A stretch of 64,000 nt of DNA from Mytilus trossulus (GCF_036588685.1 NC_086383.1:70990001-71054000); one strand, 5' to 3'; positions 1-10,220 are shown, counted from the first letter of the stretch. Program-made: numbers and translations. Notes: generated by a model not told the origin, from the letters alone.

Positions 1-228
1 GACCCCCTTTACCTTCACAACTCACACAGTATTAACTTATTACCTTCACAAACGATACTGTTATCTATCCAGGCAAGACAAATCACATGGGCTGTTGGGT
101 ATTTCTGATCAAACTCCAACACCTGGAAAACAGAATGTTAATGGTGTAGCATGTTGAACAACACACTGCTGACAGCCTTGGCGATTGACAAATAAATAGG
201 ACACCTAATGTTACAAAATGGATCTTAA

Positions 229-693
229 TTATACCCCCGCTTATACTTATAGGGAGGGTATACTGTTTTACCTCTGTCTGTCCTTCCGTCAGTCCGTCAG
301 TCAGTCTGTCCGTCCCATGAATATTTTTCTCAGGAACTACAATACAAGGATTTCTGAAATTTGGTTTCAGGGTTTATCTAAGTCAGGTATACCGTGTGAT
401 GCGTTTTCAGATTGATCACTTGACAACTTCCTGCTTACCGAACAATTGTATGATTTTACACATGATAGCTAAGTTGAAAATTTTTGTCACATTTTTCTCA
501 GGAACTACAATACAAGGATTTTTGAAATTTGGTTTCAGGATTTATATAAGTCAGCTATACTGTGAGATGCGTTTTCAGATTCATCACTCGACAACTTCCT
601 GTTTACCGAACACTTGCATATTTTACACTATTTATGTTATCTACTTGCAGCGGGGGTATCATCAGTGAGCAGTAGCTAGCAGTTTCACTTGTT
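229..693 (+). mobile_element. Non-autonomous Helentron-associated element (HINE/DINE-1-like MITE) with two ~168-bp central repeats
   Basis: 5' subTIR TTATACCCCCGC (229-240), internal inverted copy GGGAGGGTATA and a CTGT/CCGT microsatellite (~275-315). Two repeats start ATTTTTCTCAGGAACTAC at ~323 and ~491. The 3' subTIR GCGGGGGTAT (650-659) is followed by a short hairpin and TT. Confidence 0.8.
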
Positions 694-1145
694 ATTAATC
701 TGCCGAAAAGATGGTATATACCACAAACATGAGGTGTACAAATTGTTACACCATATCTGGATTTAGACAATAAATGTCTCTTCAGTGATGTTAGGAATTG
801 AATCAGTATTTGGAAGGACATATAAGTTGTATAAGTTTCCTTTATTAAGATTTAATTTGTAATATTAATAGTCAAAATAGGATGAACGTATTATGTTAAC
901 CCAAAGTCAAACATAATACAAGTCCAAAATAATATTATAAACATATCTATCTAAAATGGCAAAAAGTTCAAACCTTTGACAACGTTAGATAAAAACCTAA
1001 AAATTTTAAATAATTAATATTCAAAACAAATACAATTTCTTGCCTTTTTAAATAATTCGCAACACATATTATAGATCCTTTACTGCTTATAGTATCTTAA
1101 TGCAAAAAAAAGTCACGTTAAGTAACTTACTACATGTTACTGAGA

Positions 1146-1388
1146 AACAGAATTTGTCTCAAAAAGTTCATCTGTTCAGTGAACCAAGAAATGATGTTAA
1201 TGTCTGGTGAAAGGTGTTTGACATGTATACCTACCATATAAAACCATAGACCAAATATCAGTGGCCTACCATAAACAGTTTCTGAGAAACTGTCCTAATC
1301 TCAAAACTTTGATAATATTTTACACAGTTGTTGGAAAAGCAATCCCTATGTCTCGCATTCTGAGACTTTTGTAGCAGGCCAGACAAAG
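1146..1388 (-). mobile_element. Probable degenerate HINE/Helentron-like MITE remnant
   Basis: Ends in CCTATGTCTCGC...GCAGGCCAGACAAA, an inverted-repeat terminus of the HINE type. The internal segment (CCAAATATCAGTGGCCTA...TCTGAGAAAC) resembles HINE core repeats. Boundaries are approximate. Confidence 0.4.
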
Positions 1389-1576
1389 AACGTAATTTGG
1401 ACAATTTTAATTATTTTTATATCAACCATAATTCTATACTTGATACCTTTTTCTTTAATCCATCCCAACATTTCTGAAGTGAATCTGGCATCTTATTATT
1501 ATTGTCTCAGCTGAAAATAAAATTAAATTTTCATCATTACTTAGCATACTTTTAATCATGATAAGTTATCTATATA

Positions 1577-1994
1577 AAAAAGAAGATGTGGTATGATTGC
1601 CAATGAGACAACTATCCACAAAAGACCAAAATGAAACAAACATTAACAACTATAGGTCAGCGTACGGCCTTCAACAATGAGCAAAGCCCATACCGCATAG
1701 TCAGTTATAACAGGCGATAAGACAATGTAAAACTTCAAACGAGAAAACTAACGGCCCTATTTATATAAAAAAATGAACGAAAAACAAATATATGTTACAC
1801 TTAAACAAACGACAACCACTGAATTACAGGCTCCTGACTTGGGACAGGCACATTCATGTACATAGATAATGAGGCCAGTTCAACATGTTAGCGGGATCCC
1901 AACCCTCCCCTAACCTGGGACAGTGGTATAACAGTACAACATAAGAACAAACTATAAAAATCAGTTGAAAAAGGCTTAACTCATCAGATGGAAT
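1577..1994. mobile_element. Interspersed repeat (SINE/LINE-tail-like), family unassigned
   Basis: Starts AAGATGTGGTATGATTGCCAATGAGACAACT. An inverted diverged copy lies at ~9988-10220, and a short fragment sits in every H1 spacer (e.g. 17621-17725, 10835-10875). Confidence 0.7.
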
Positions 1995-2029
1995 ATGTTT
2001 TCCTTATCCATTTATTATTTTTTGATACA

Positions 2030-2593
2030 TTTTAGCACTGTTTTATTCTGTATTCTCTATTTTAGCACTGTTTTATTCTGTATTCTCTATTTTAGCACTG
2101 TTTTATTCTGTATTCTCTATTTTTGCACTGTTTTATTCTGTATTCTCTATTTTAGCACTATTTTCTTCTGTATTCTCTATTTTTAGCATTGTTTTATTCT
2201 GTATTTTCTATTTTAGCACTGTTTTATTCTGTATCTTCTATTTTTAGCAGTTTTATTCTGTAGTTTATATTTTGCACTGTTTTATTTTGTATTCTCTATT
2301 TTTAGCACTGTTTTATTCTCTATTTTAGCACTGTTTTATTCTGTATTCTCTATTTTAGCACTATTTTATTCTGTATTCTCTATTTTTAGCACTGTTTTAT
2401 TCTGTATTCTCTATTTTAGCACTGCTTCATTCTGTATTCTCTATTTTTTGCAGTTTTATTCTGTATTCTCTATTTTTAGCAGTTTTAATCTGTATTCTCT
2501 ATTTTTAGCAGTTTTATTCTGTATTCTCTATTTTTAGCACTGTTTTATTCTGTATTCTCTATTTTTAGCACTGTTTTATTCTGTATTCTCTAT
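2030..2593. repeat. ~30-31 bp tandem minisatellite (TTTTAGCACTGTTTTATTCTGTATTCTCTAT)n, about 19 copies
   Basis: Directly visible tandem repeat. It explains the spurious (FSTVLFCILY)n ORF at 1995-2186. Confidence 0.95.
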
Positions 2594-2699
2594 GTTTTGT
2601 GGGATAGGATTCTTAATACTATAACAGTATCTACAAGGAGATTTTAAGTGAAATGCACATTCAACAACCAATCAACAAAAAGGGTTGCCTACTTATTTT

Positions 2700-2920
2700 C
2701 ACAAGTTATATAAAAGTTTTAGAATATATATATATGTTTTAATATCATGTATATTTTGTGTTTAGCTGTGTAACTTTTGTCGTCTTTTCAGTAATAGTGT
2801 TTCAATGACAACCCATGCAAAGTTTGCCTACATGTACTATCACAAGTTATACATGTTATATAAAAGCTTTAGAATATGTTTTTATATTTTGTGTTTAGCT
2901 GTGTAACTTTTGTTGTCTCC
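2700..2920. repeat. Degenerate local duplication (~140-bp period)
   Basis: CACAAGTTATA...AGAATAT...TATTTTGTGTTTAGCTGTGTAACTTTTGT occurs at ~2700-2785 and again at ~2841-2918. Confidence 0.75.
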
Positions 2921-3216
2921 TATTTTTAGTACCTTTGGTTTACTTTTTAATCGCTGTGTGTGAAAAATCATAACTAAAATGCCTGCCAAAATGGTTATTG
3001 GGTATAAATTAATTATCTTTCTTTTGGCAATATAGGAAAAGTGTACTGTCATAACTAGTCTCTAAACACAATAACTCCAAATGGAGCTTTCGTTAGTAGA
3101 AGCCATATTAACTATGTGTATCAGTGAGAAAAAAGGTAAAAGCATAAAAATATAGTATATATATATATATACATGTATACCAATACACATAATTAACAGC
3201 GCCTGGTAATGTTTTA

Positions 3217-3261
3217 CAGCCTGACCGGTTTCGGTCCAAAAAGGACCTTTATCAGAGGCAG
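3217..3261 (-). ncRNA. Minimal type I hammerhead ribozyme motif (Penelope-like element type, G8A core variant)
   Basis: Minus strand reads CUGCCU-CUGAUAA-A-GGUCC-UUUUU-GGACC-GAAA-CCGG-UC-AGGCUG. Stem I is GCCU/AGGC, the core is CUGAUAA...GAAA, stem II is GGUCC/GGACC, stem III is the palindrome ACCGGU, and the cleavage triplet is GUC. Confidence 0.7.
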
Positions 3262-3289
3262 AATGTTTGCACCCTATTTATATAGATAT

Positions 3290-3490
3290 GGTAACCGGCG
3301 GTTTAGTAAACCGGCGTTCGAGTTTCAGATTAACAGCCCGTTGAGTTAACCTGCGGTTCAGATTAACCGCCCATTGAGTAATCCAGCAGTTCAGAGTTCA
3401 CCAGCAGTTCAGAGTTAACTGGTGGATCAACATGTTATCCAGTGGACGAATATATATCTGGTTGATATCTAAACAGGTTCAGTTATCCTT
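3290..3490. repeat. Degenerate ~17-20 bp repeats (TAACC-GCGGTTCAGAG-like) next to the hammerhead motif
   Basis: Recurrent GTTAAC/TAACC...GTTCAGA motifs, more GC-rich than the flanks. Confidence 0.5.
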
Positions 3491-4012
3491 TCAGGCAAAA
3501 ATCCCAGTGGGTCAGTAGTGGTTTTTATTTTTGCGATTTTTGAATGGAATGAGAAAAACTATATCTCCAGTGAAAGCGGTTGGTAGTTTAGAAATTTTTT
3601 ACCGATAACCGCTACGAATTTCAGCTGACTGCGACTATAGGTATGTTGAAAACAAATGTACAATCAACAATAAACAACAACGTGGAGTTACTAGCATTAC
3701 TGCATATTCATCATGTTCATCGGTATTTCAGTGTGAATATTGACAAAGTAATAGAAAAGTTTGTTTCTGCCTAGACCCAAAGATCAGAATTTTAACGATT
3801 TTGAGTAAATTCTGTATCATGTGTTGTTTATGTAATATTACTCTATTCAGAAGATTTATAGTTATACAATCATAATTTTGTTATAAGTTCCTACTACATA
3901 TAGCACCTCTTTTAACCGCCCTATGACCGAAAACCGGAATAAAAACTATGTTTCTGTATAAAAGGGTCTCGCTCTGCAGTTGTTGCTTGAACATCGTTTC
4001 TTTCTAACGCCT

Positions 4013-7000
4013 TCTTCTTCTTCTTTTAGTTTCCGCACTCCATCATAATATTGATGACTATGTGCCGTGCATGCGTGGGTAAAATTTACAATTTTATATT
4101 TACATCAACAACAAAAATTTAATAAAGAAATAATAACTTGTTTTTGGTTTTCACTGTACATATAAGATAAAACTATTTACAAGGTGTTACATTACATGGT
4201 GTAGTATTGGTTGAGAACAGATATAGGAATCTGTTCTCTGAATGTTTCAACTGTGGTGCATTGGACAGCAGTAACTGGTAAAAGGTTCCATTGGACGATT
4301 GTCCTAGGATAGAATGAAAATTTATATGAGTCTTTTTTTGCCTGTATGTGCCTGAATGAGTGACTATGAGTGTATTGTCTTGTTCGATTGTCTGATGGTA
4401 TTAACAAGTTCGTAGGGTATATTGCTACTTGGTGGTGTATAATTTTGAAGAAAAATATAAGCCTTGTTCTTATTCTTCTAATTTCAAGTGTTGGCCAGTT
4501 AAGATGGTTAAGCATGTTTGTCACAGAGCTGGTGTTATGATATCGATTACATATATATCTGGCTGCGCGTCTTTGGACCATTTCTATTTGTGATTTTTGG
4601 GATTTTGTATGTGGGTCCCAGATGCAGCTACCATACTCTAGCTTTGGTCTCACAAGTGAGATATAGGCCTTTTCTTTAACTGACTGCGAGCTGACTTTAA
4701 GGTTTCTTTTGATAAAATTTAGTTGTTTAGTTGCATTTGCTGTGATGTTATTTATGTGTTTGTTAAATTTTAAATCAGTTTGTATGGTTAAGCCAAGATA
4801 TTTGGTAGATGTTTCTTGTTGCAAAGTGTGCCCATGTAAGATGTAGTCATATGGGAGAGGTGTTTTCTTTGTTGTTACTTGGAGGACTGAACACTTGTCC
4901 GGATGGAAGGACATGAGCCAGTCCTCTTCCCACTTTGCTGCTGCAGTTAGGTCTTCTTGTAATTTTTCTGAGTCATTTTCATTTTTGATGGTTTTATATA
5001 TGATGCTATCATCTGCAAAAAGTCTAAGAGTGCCATGTTTTATGTAATCATTCAGATCATTTATGTACACCAGGAATAAGATGGGGCCAAGTACTGTTCC
5101 TTGAGGTACCCCTGATGTGACATGTATTTGTTCAGATTTGGTGCCTTCCAGTAATACCGTTTGTGTGCGGAGTGAGAGAAAGTCTTCTATCCAGTTCAGT
5201 GTTTGGTTGTCGACACCATAGTGTTTAAGTTTATGAAGTAGTCTTTTGTGAGGGACTTTGTCAAATGCTTTGGCAAAGTCCATCACAATTACATCAGTTT
5301 GGATGTTATCATTGCTGTATTTTGCCAGTTCTTGTATGAATGACACTAACTGGGTTTCGCAAGATCTTGAGGAGCGAAACCCATGTTGTAGATCGTATAG
5401 AATGTTGTTATTTTCTAGATGTGCCATGATGTTACTTGCTAATACATGCTCCATGATCTTACATAGGATGCATGTTAGGGATATAGGCCTGTAGTTGATA
5501 GGGTTGTGTTTATCTCCCTTTTTAAATACTGGGCAGACGTTGGCATGCTTCCAGTCAGTTGGTATTTTTCCGGTGTTCAGGGATTTTTCAAATATTAATG
5601 TTATTATGGGTGCGATGTCAGTACTTAGTTCTTTAAGCACACGCCCATATATGCCATCTGGCCCTGTGGCCTTGTGTGGGTTAATCTTTCCTAGTAGTTT
5701 TTGTATGCCTTTCTCTGAAATTTGTATGGTGTTCATTTTAGGATGTTTAGAAATTCCCATGTCCGGTATTGTTTCGCTGGATGTTTCTGTTGAGAATGCC
5801 TTCTGAAATTGATTGTTTAGCAAATTGGCCTTTTCTTCGGTGTTATCAGTTAAAATGCCATCTTTTCTTAATGCTGCAATGCCTGAACTGTCATTTTTCA
5901 TGTTTTTAATATAGCTGTACAAGTTTTTAGGTTGTCTTTTAAATATGGGATTGTCTGGTTCGTTTACTGGGAGATCAAATATCATGTTCTCGATGTAGTT
6001 CCAGTAGGATCTTCTCATATCTGTTTGAATTGATTTTTTGAGATGCTTGTACTTTTTCTTCAGTTGTTCATTTTTTCTACTCTTTTTATGAAGTCGTTTA
6101 GCTTTGTTGATGTCAATTTTAAGCTTGTTGTTTACCCATGGTAGTTTTTTCTTGTTTGTAACTATTTTGTGAGGGATATTAGCTTCTACTGATTGTGTTA
6201 GAGCTTCTGTGAACGTATTCCATAGAATATTTGAGGTGGATTCTTTAAATTGTTCTTTAATTTTGCATAAGAGTGTTCCTAAATCTATTTTTATTTTGCT
6301 CCAGTCGGCTTTGGTATATTGTAAAACTTTGATAGGTTGTTTTTTGTTTCTTTTTAAAGATACATTACATTCAGAATAGACAATGTCGTGGTCCGCATTC
6401 CCAATAGGGGGCATAGTTTCTGTCTTGTTAACTATACTTGGTGTGTTTGTGAGTAGGAGGTCGAGTATTCGGTCACCTCTAGTAGGCTTATTTACAATTT
6501 GCTCTAAAGAGTGGTCATTTATGATGTCTAAAAGTTGTGTGTGCAATTTAATTTCTGGTTTGCCTGGAATAATGCATGGTACTTCCCAGTCAATGTGGCC
6601 GAGGTTGAAATCGCCACCTAGCATCACAGTGGTTTTTGTATTATTATTGATGCGATTAAGTGAGATGTTAAGATTTTCAAGTGATATGCCATTATCTGAA
6701 GGTGGTCTATAGTAACAGCCTAGTATGAGTTTTCTTGCATTTGTCATGTTTATTTCTGCCCATATACTTTCAGAGTCTGTTTGTAATTCTCTGATTTCAT
6801 TGGATAGTAATTGTGTTGATATGGCAATGAGGACACCACCGTAGCTTTGGTTATTATTGGATGGAGGGCGATCTTTCCTATAAACTGTATAATCATTAGC
6901 TGGAAAGAATTCAGATGATAAGATATCGCTACTGAGCCAGGTTTCAGTGCCCAATATTATTTCTGGTTGTACAGATGAAATAATTTCATCAAGTTCAGCC

Positions 7001-7872
7001 TTTTTATTTTTAATAGACTGAAAGTTTATTGTTAATATTTTCAATGGTGTTTCTTTCTTTTGAGCTCTCTTGATATAAGTTTGTTTTATAGGTGACGATG
7101 TTGCTTTAGGTAAGCCAGGACTTCCTACTGAATGTTCTGATAATGGTGCGAATGAGTTAGATGTTTCAGGTATGGTAAGATCAAATATGGATGAGGAGAA
7201 GTTTGGCATACCACATTGTATGCATGCCCAAGATATATTTGATGAATCCATACATTGATATACATTAGATGACATGCCTTGACAGTTTGCATGATACCAA
7301 ACATCACATGAATCGCAACAGAGTGCTTTTTGTTTCCATGTGACCGCTTTTCCACATGTTCCGCAGGGCCACCTAGGTGTTCTGGGGCCTGGGTTTATTT
7401 CAGTGTCTCCAGATAATGCAAGTACTAGAAAACATAAGTATGTGTTTGATTGTTTAATGTACCTTTGATGTGATTTATCTGTAATAGTTCTGTGGTTTGT
7501 AAAGTACACTGATGATATGCTATGCATATTACCAAGAGAATCTATTAAGTCAGCTGGTGTGTTCATTTGTACAGGTTGGTTGTACAATTTATGGAATAGT
7601 ATTGATAGTATGACTATGTGAAGTGTTAATACATAGGCCATGACTACAACTTTTGAAGTCAGATATGGTTCTTTTATAAAATTATAATAGCCTTTGCCTG
7701 TATCCATGCATTTGTTTTCCACTGTATCCCATAGTAATTTAGTTTGTGTGTTAATAAGTGCGTGTGGGTGTGTGGATGTTTGTCTAACATTCTAGACTTT
7801 GTATTTCACAGATGTGATTGACTGCTTACCAAAAATAAGAAAAAGATATCTGTAATCAAAATATTGGAAAGG
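4013..7872 (-). mobile_element. Apparently full-length single-ORF non-LTR retrotransposon (CR1/L2 group)
   Basis: Intact 1176-codon ORF. The 3' tail is (AAG)n (plus strand CTTCTT, ~4011-4025), preceded by a stem-loop. Candidate 8-bp TSD TAACGCCT at 4005-4012 and 7873-7880. Confidence 0.85.
4192..7722 (-). CDS. LINE polyprotein: 2A-like peptide, PHD finger, APE endonuclease, reverse transcriptase
   Basis: GDTEINPGP; C4HC3 PHD (CGTC...CDSC...H..C...CIQC); APE motifs (INFQSI, GTETWL, YRKDR, GDFN, DHDIV); RT motifs (NYRPISL, QHGFR, DFAKAFDKV, GVPQGTVLGP, LFADD, KYLG). The ORF-track start is GTG, so the real start may be a downstream ATG. Confidence 0.95.
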   Translation of the reverse strand: MENKCMDTGKGYYNFIKEPYLTSKVVVMAYVLTLHIVILSILFHKLYNQPVQMNTPADLIDSLGNMHSISSVYFTNHRTITDKSHQRYIKQSNTYLCFLVLALSGDTEINPGPRTPRWPCGTCGKAVTWKQKALCCDSCDVWYHANCQGMSSNVYQCMDSSNISWACIQCGMPNFSSSIFDLTIPETSNSFAPLSEHSVGSPGLPKATSSPIKQTYIKRAQKKETPLKILTINFQSIKNKKAELDEIISSVQPEIILGTETWLSSDILSSEFFPANDYTVYRKDRPPSNNNQSYGGVLIAISTQLLSNEIRELQTDSESIWAEINMTNARKLILGCYYRPPSDNGISLENLNISLNRINNNTKTTVMLGGDFNLGHIDWEVPCIIPGKPEIKLHTQLLDIINDHSLEQIVNKPTRGDRILDLLLTNTPSIVNKTETMPPIGNADHDIVYSECNVSLKRNKKQPIKVLQYTKADWSKIKIDLGTLLCKIKEQFKESTSNILWNTFTEALTQSVEANIPHKIVTNKKKLPWVNNKLKIDINKAKRLHKKSRKNEQLKKKYKHLKKSIQTDMRRSYWNYIENMIFDLPVNEPDNPIFKRQPKNLYSYIKNMKNDSSGIAALRKDGILTDNTEEKANLLNNQFQKAFSTETSSETIPDMGISKHPKMNTIQISEKGIQKLLGKINPHKATGPDGIYGRVLKELSTDIAPIITLIFEKSLNTGKIPTDWKHANVCPVFKKGDKHNPINYRPISLTCILCKIMEHVLASNIMAHLENNNILYDLQHGFRSSRSCETQLVSFIQELAKYSNDNIQTDVIVMDFAKAFDKVPHKRLLHKLKHYGVDNQTLNWIEDFLSLRTQTVLLEGTKSEQIHVTSGVPQGTVLGPILFLVYINDLNDYIKHGTLRLFADDSIIYKTIKNENDSEKLQEDLTAAAKWEEDWLMSFHPDKCSVLQVTTKKTPLPYDYILHGHTLQQETSTKYLGLTIQTDLKFNKHINNITANATKQLNFIKRNLKVSSQSVKEKAYISLVRPKLEYGSCIWDPHTKSQKSQIEMVQRRAARYICNRYHNTSSVTNMLNHLNWPTLEIRRIRTRLIFFFKIIHHQVAIYPTNLLIPSDNRTRQYTHSHSFRHIQAKKDSYKFSFYPRTIVQWNLLPVTAVQCTTVETFREQIPISVLNQYYTM

Positions 7873-8120
7873 TAACGCCTGGTATGGGGAAGGAAGCATG
7901 TCCGATGATTACCGGCGTTACATGTTACTTAATCTGTAGATTCCGCCTCTGTCAGGCGCACCTCCATACGGTGTTACATCGATGTTGCTATATACAAGGG
8001 CTCAATCACATCCTAACTTCGTGATTTATTGTGGATTTCATCAAGTACTTTATATGTTAACCGGGTATATACAAATAATTACCATAACTCGGCCCTTGAC
8101 AATCTCGGCCCTATCTGAAT

Positions 8121-9671
8121 TCTCTATCTCTATCTTCATATTTCCGCACTCAGTCACAACTTTGACTATTACGTGCCGTTGCATGCGTGGCTTATTTACA
8201 ATTAAAAAAGAAATAAATTTGCAGTAATATTACGTTACATTGCATTGGTGCTTAGAATAAATAATTAAAGTAAAAATATTACAGTGATTTAAATTTTTTT
8301 TTTGTGGATTGTTATCCTATGTATATTTCTTGTTAAAACTATGTACATGTTATGCATTTTTTTAGAATATTTGTGAAAGAGCAGATATAGAAATCTGCTC
8401 TTTGAAGCCGTCGACTGTTGTACAAAGGATTGCTGATGTAGGAAGTAGGTTCCATTGTATTATTGTATGTGGATAAAATGAAAACTTGTATGAATCTTTA
8501 TTTGTTTGAATTTGTTTAAAGTGGTTTGTATGTTTATTTCTTGTTCTACTGTCTGATTTAACTAGAAGATCTTTAGGGTAAATTGCTATGTGTTGGTGTA
8601 TGATCTTATAGAATACCACTAGTCTTGTTTGTATACGTCTCAGTTCTAATGTAGGCCACTGTAGGTGATCAAGCATGTTTGAGACAGAGCTGGTATTGTG
8701 ATATTTATTACATGTGTAGCGAGCAGCTCTGCGTTGGACCATCTCAATTTGGTTGATTTGACTTTTTGTGTGAGGGTCCCAGACGCAAGAACTGTACTCA
8801 AGCTTAGGTCTAACTAAAGACATGTATGCCCTTTCTTTGATTTTTTGTGATGAAACTTTAAGGTTACGTTTGAGAAAATTCAGTTGTCTGTTTGCATTAG
8901 CTGTTACATTATTGATGTGTTTATTCCATTTTAGATCAGATTGGATGGTTATGCCTAAATTTTGTAGCTGTTTCAGTTTGGAGAATGTGACTGGCCATGT
9001 AGGATGTAGTCATGGTTGACTGGTTTCTTTTTTTGTGTAATTCTAAGTATGGAGCATTTGTCTGGATGGAATGACATTAACCAGTCTTTTTCCCATTGTG
9101 CCGCTGAATTTAAATCCTGTTGTAGTTTGGCAGCATCATGTGTGTTTTTGATGTTTCTATAGATGATGCTGTCATCGGCAAATAATCTTAAGGTGCTGTG
9201 TTGTAAGTATTCTGGGAAATCGTTTATGTAAATGAGGAATAAAATTGGGCCAAGGACAGTGCCTTGTGGCACCCCAGATGTTACCCCATTTTTTTCTGAT
9301 TGTTCTCCATCTAGCATGACTGTTTGTGTACGGTTGTTTAAAAAGTCACCAATCCATTCCAAGGTATTATTCTCTATGCCGTAGTATTTTAATTTGTAAA
9401 AGTAATCTTTTGTGAGGGACTTTGTCAAAAGCTTTGGCAAAGTCCATCACAACGACATCAGTTTGTATGTTAATATTGTTGTCTCTTGCAAGGTCCTGAA
9501 TGAAAGATAATAGTTGTGTCTCACAAGAACGTTTTGATCGGAAGCCATGTTGTAATTCATATAAAATATTGTTTTTTTCAAGATGTTCCATTACTTGACT
9601 AGCTATGATATGCTCCATTATTTTGCAAAGAATACATGTTAGTGAAATAGGCCTGTAATTTATGGCATTGT
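8121..9671 (-). pseudogene. 5'-truncated, frameshifted copy of a related CR1-group LINE (RT C-terminal half plus 3' UTR)
   Basis: ORF fragments 9367-9618, 8973-9440 and 8362-8823 align in order to the RT/C-terminus of 4192-7722 (QHGFR, DFAKAFDKV, GVPQG, LFADD, RRAARY) but sit in different frames. The 3' end motif is shared and the tail is (ATAGAG)n. Confidence 0.92.
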
Positions 9672-9987
9672 CTCTTCTAGTTCAGGTTTTTTGTTTTTTA
9701 TTGATTGGCCCATTACAAACTCGGCCTATACTAATGATTGATGTTGTTTTAAAAATGCCACATCGGCGACATAGACCACACAGGAACAAATATATTGATT
9801 GTATTTATTTATGATTAGAGTTATGTGGTTAATTTATTGAGCAGTTCCGATATTTTTCAGTCAGACGCTACCAAATCTATAAATTTCGGAAGTCTCGGGG
9901 AGTACGAGATTTCATTAATTTTATACTGAAAAGCCTATCAGATTCATTTCCCGTTAGATATACTGTTAACAAAAAAATAAGAAAACA

Positions 9988-10220
9988 GAATTTAGTGGTT
10001 GTTGTTTGTTTATGTGTTACATATTTGTTTTTTCGTTCATTTTCTTTAATTTAAATTAGACCGTTTGTTTTTCTCGTTTGAATTGTATCACATGTTCAAT
10101 TCTAGGCCATTATTATTTGACCTATGCGGTATGGGCTTTGCACATTGTTGAAGGCAGTGCGATGACCTAAACTGTGTCATTTTGGTCTCTTCAGGAGAGC
10201 TGTCTGATTGGCAATCATCA
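9988..10220. mobile_element. Diverged inverted copy of the 1577-1994 interspersed repeat
   Basis: Reverse-complement matches, e.g. TATGCGGTATGGGCTTTG, CATTGTTGAAGGC and ATTGGCAATCAT. Confidence 0.8.

Noticed and set aside
1995-2186. 63-aa repetitive hydrophobic ORF
   Set aside because: Translation of the 30-bp minisatellite.
2030-2593. CRISPR-like 30-bp periodicity
   Set aside because: Contiguous repeats with no unique spacers, eukaryotic context and no cas genes.
3921-3945. GACCGAAAACCGG resembling a second, inverted hammerhead half
   Set aside because: No CUGA core or stem II partner, and too short to support.
5258-7355. ORFs 5258-5494, 5495-5806, 6383-6712 and 7125-7355
   Set aside because: Antisense or off-frame shadows of the LINE ORF.
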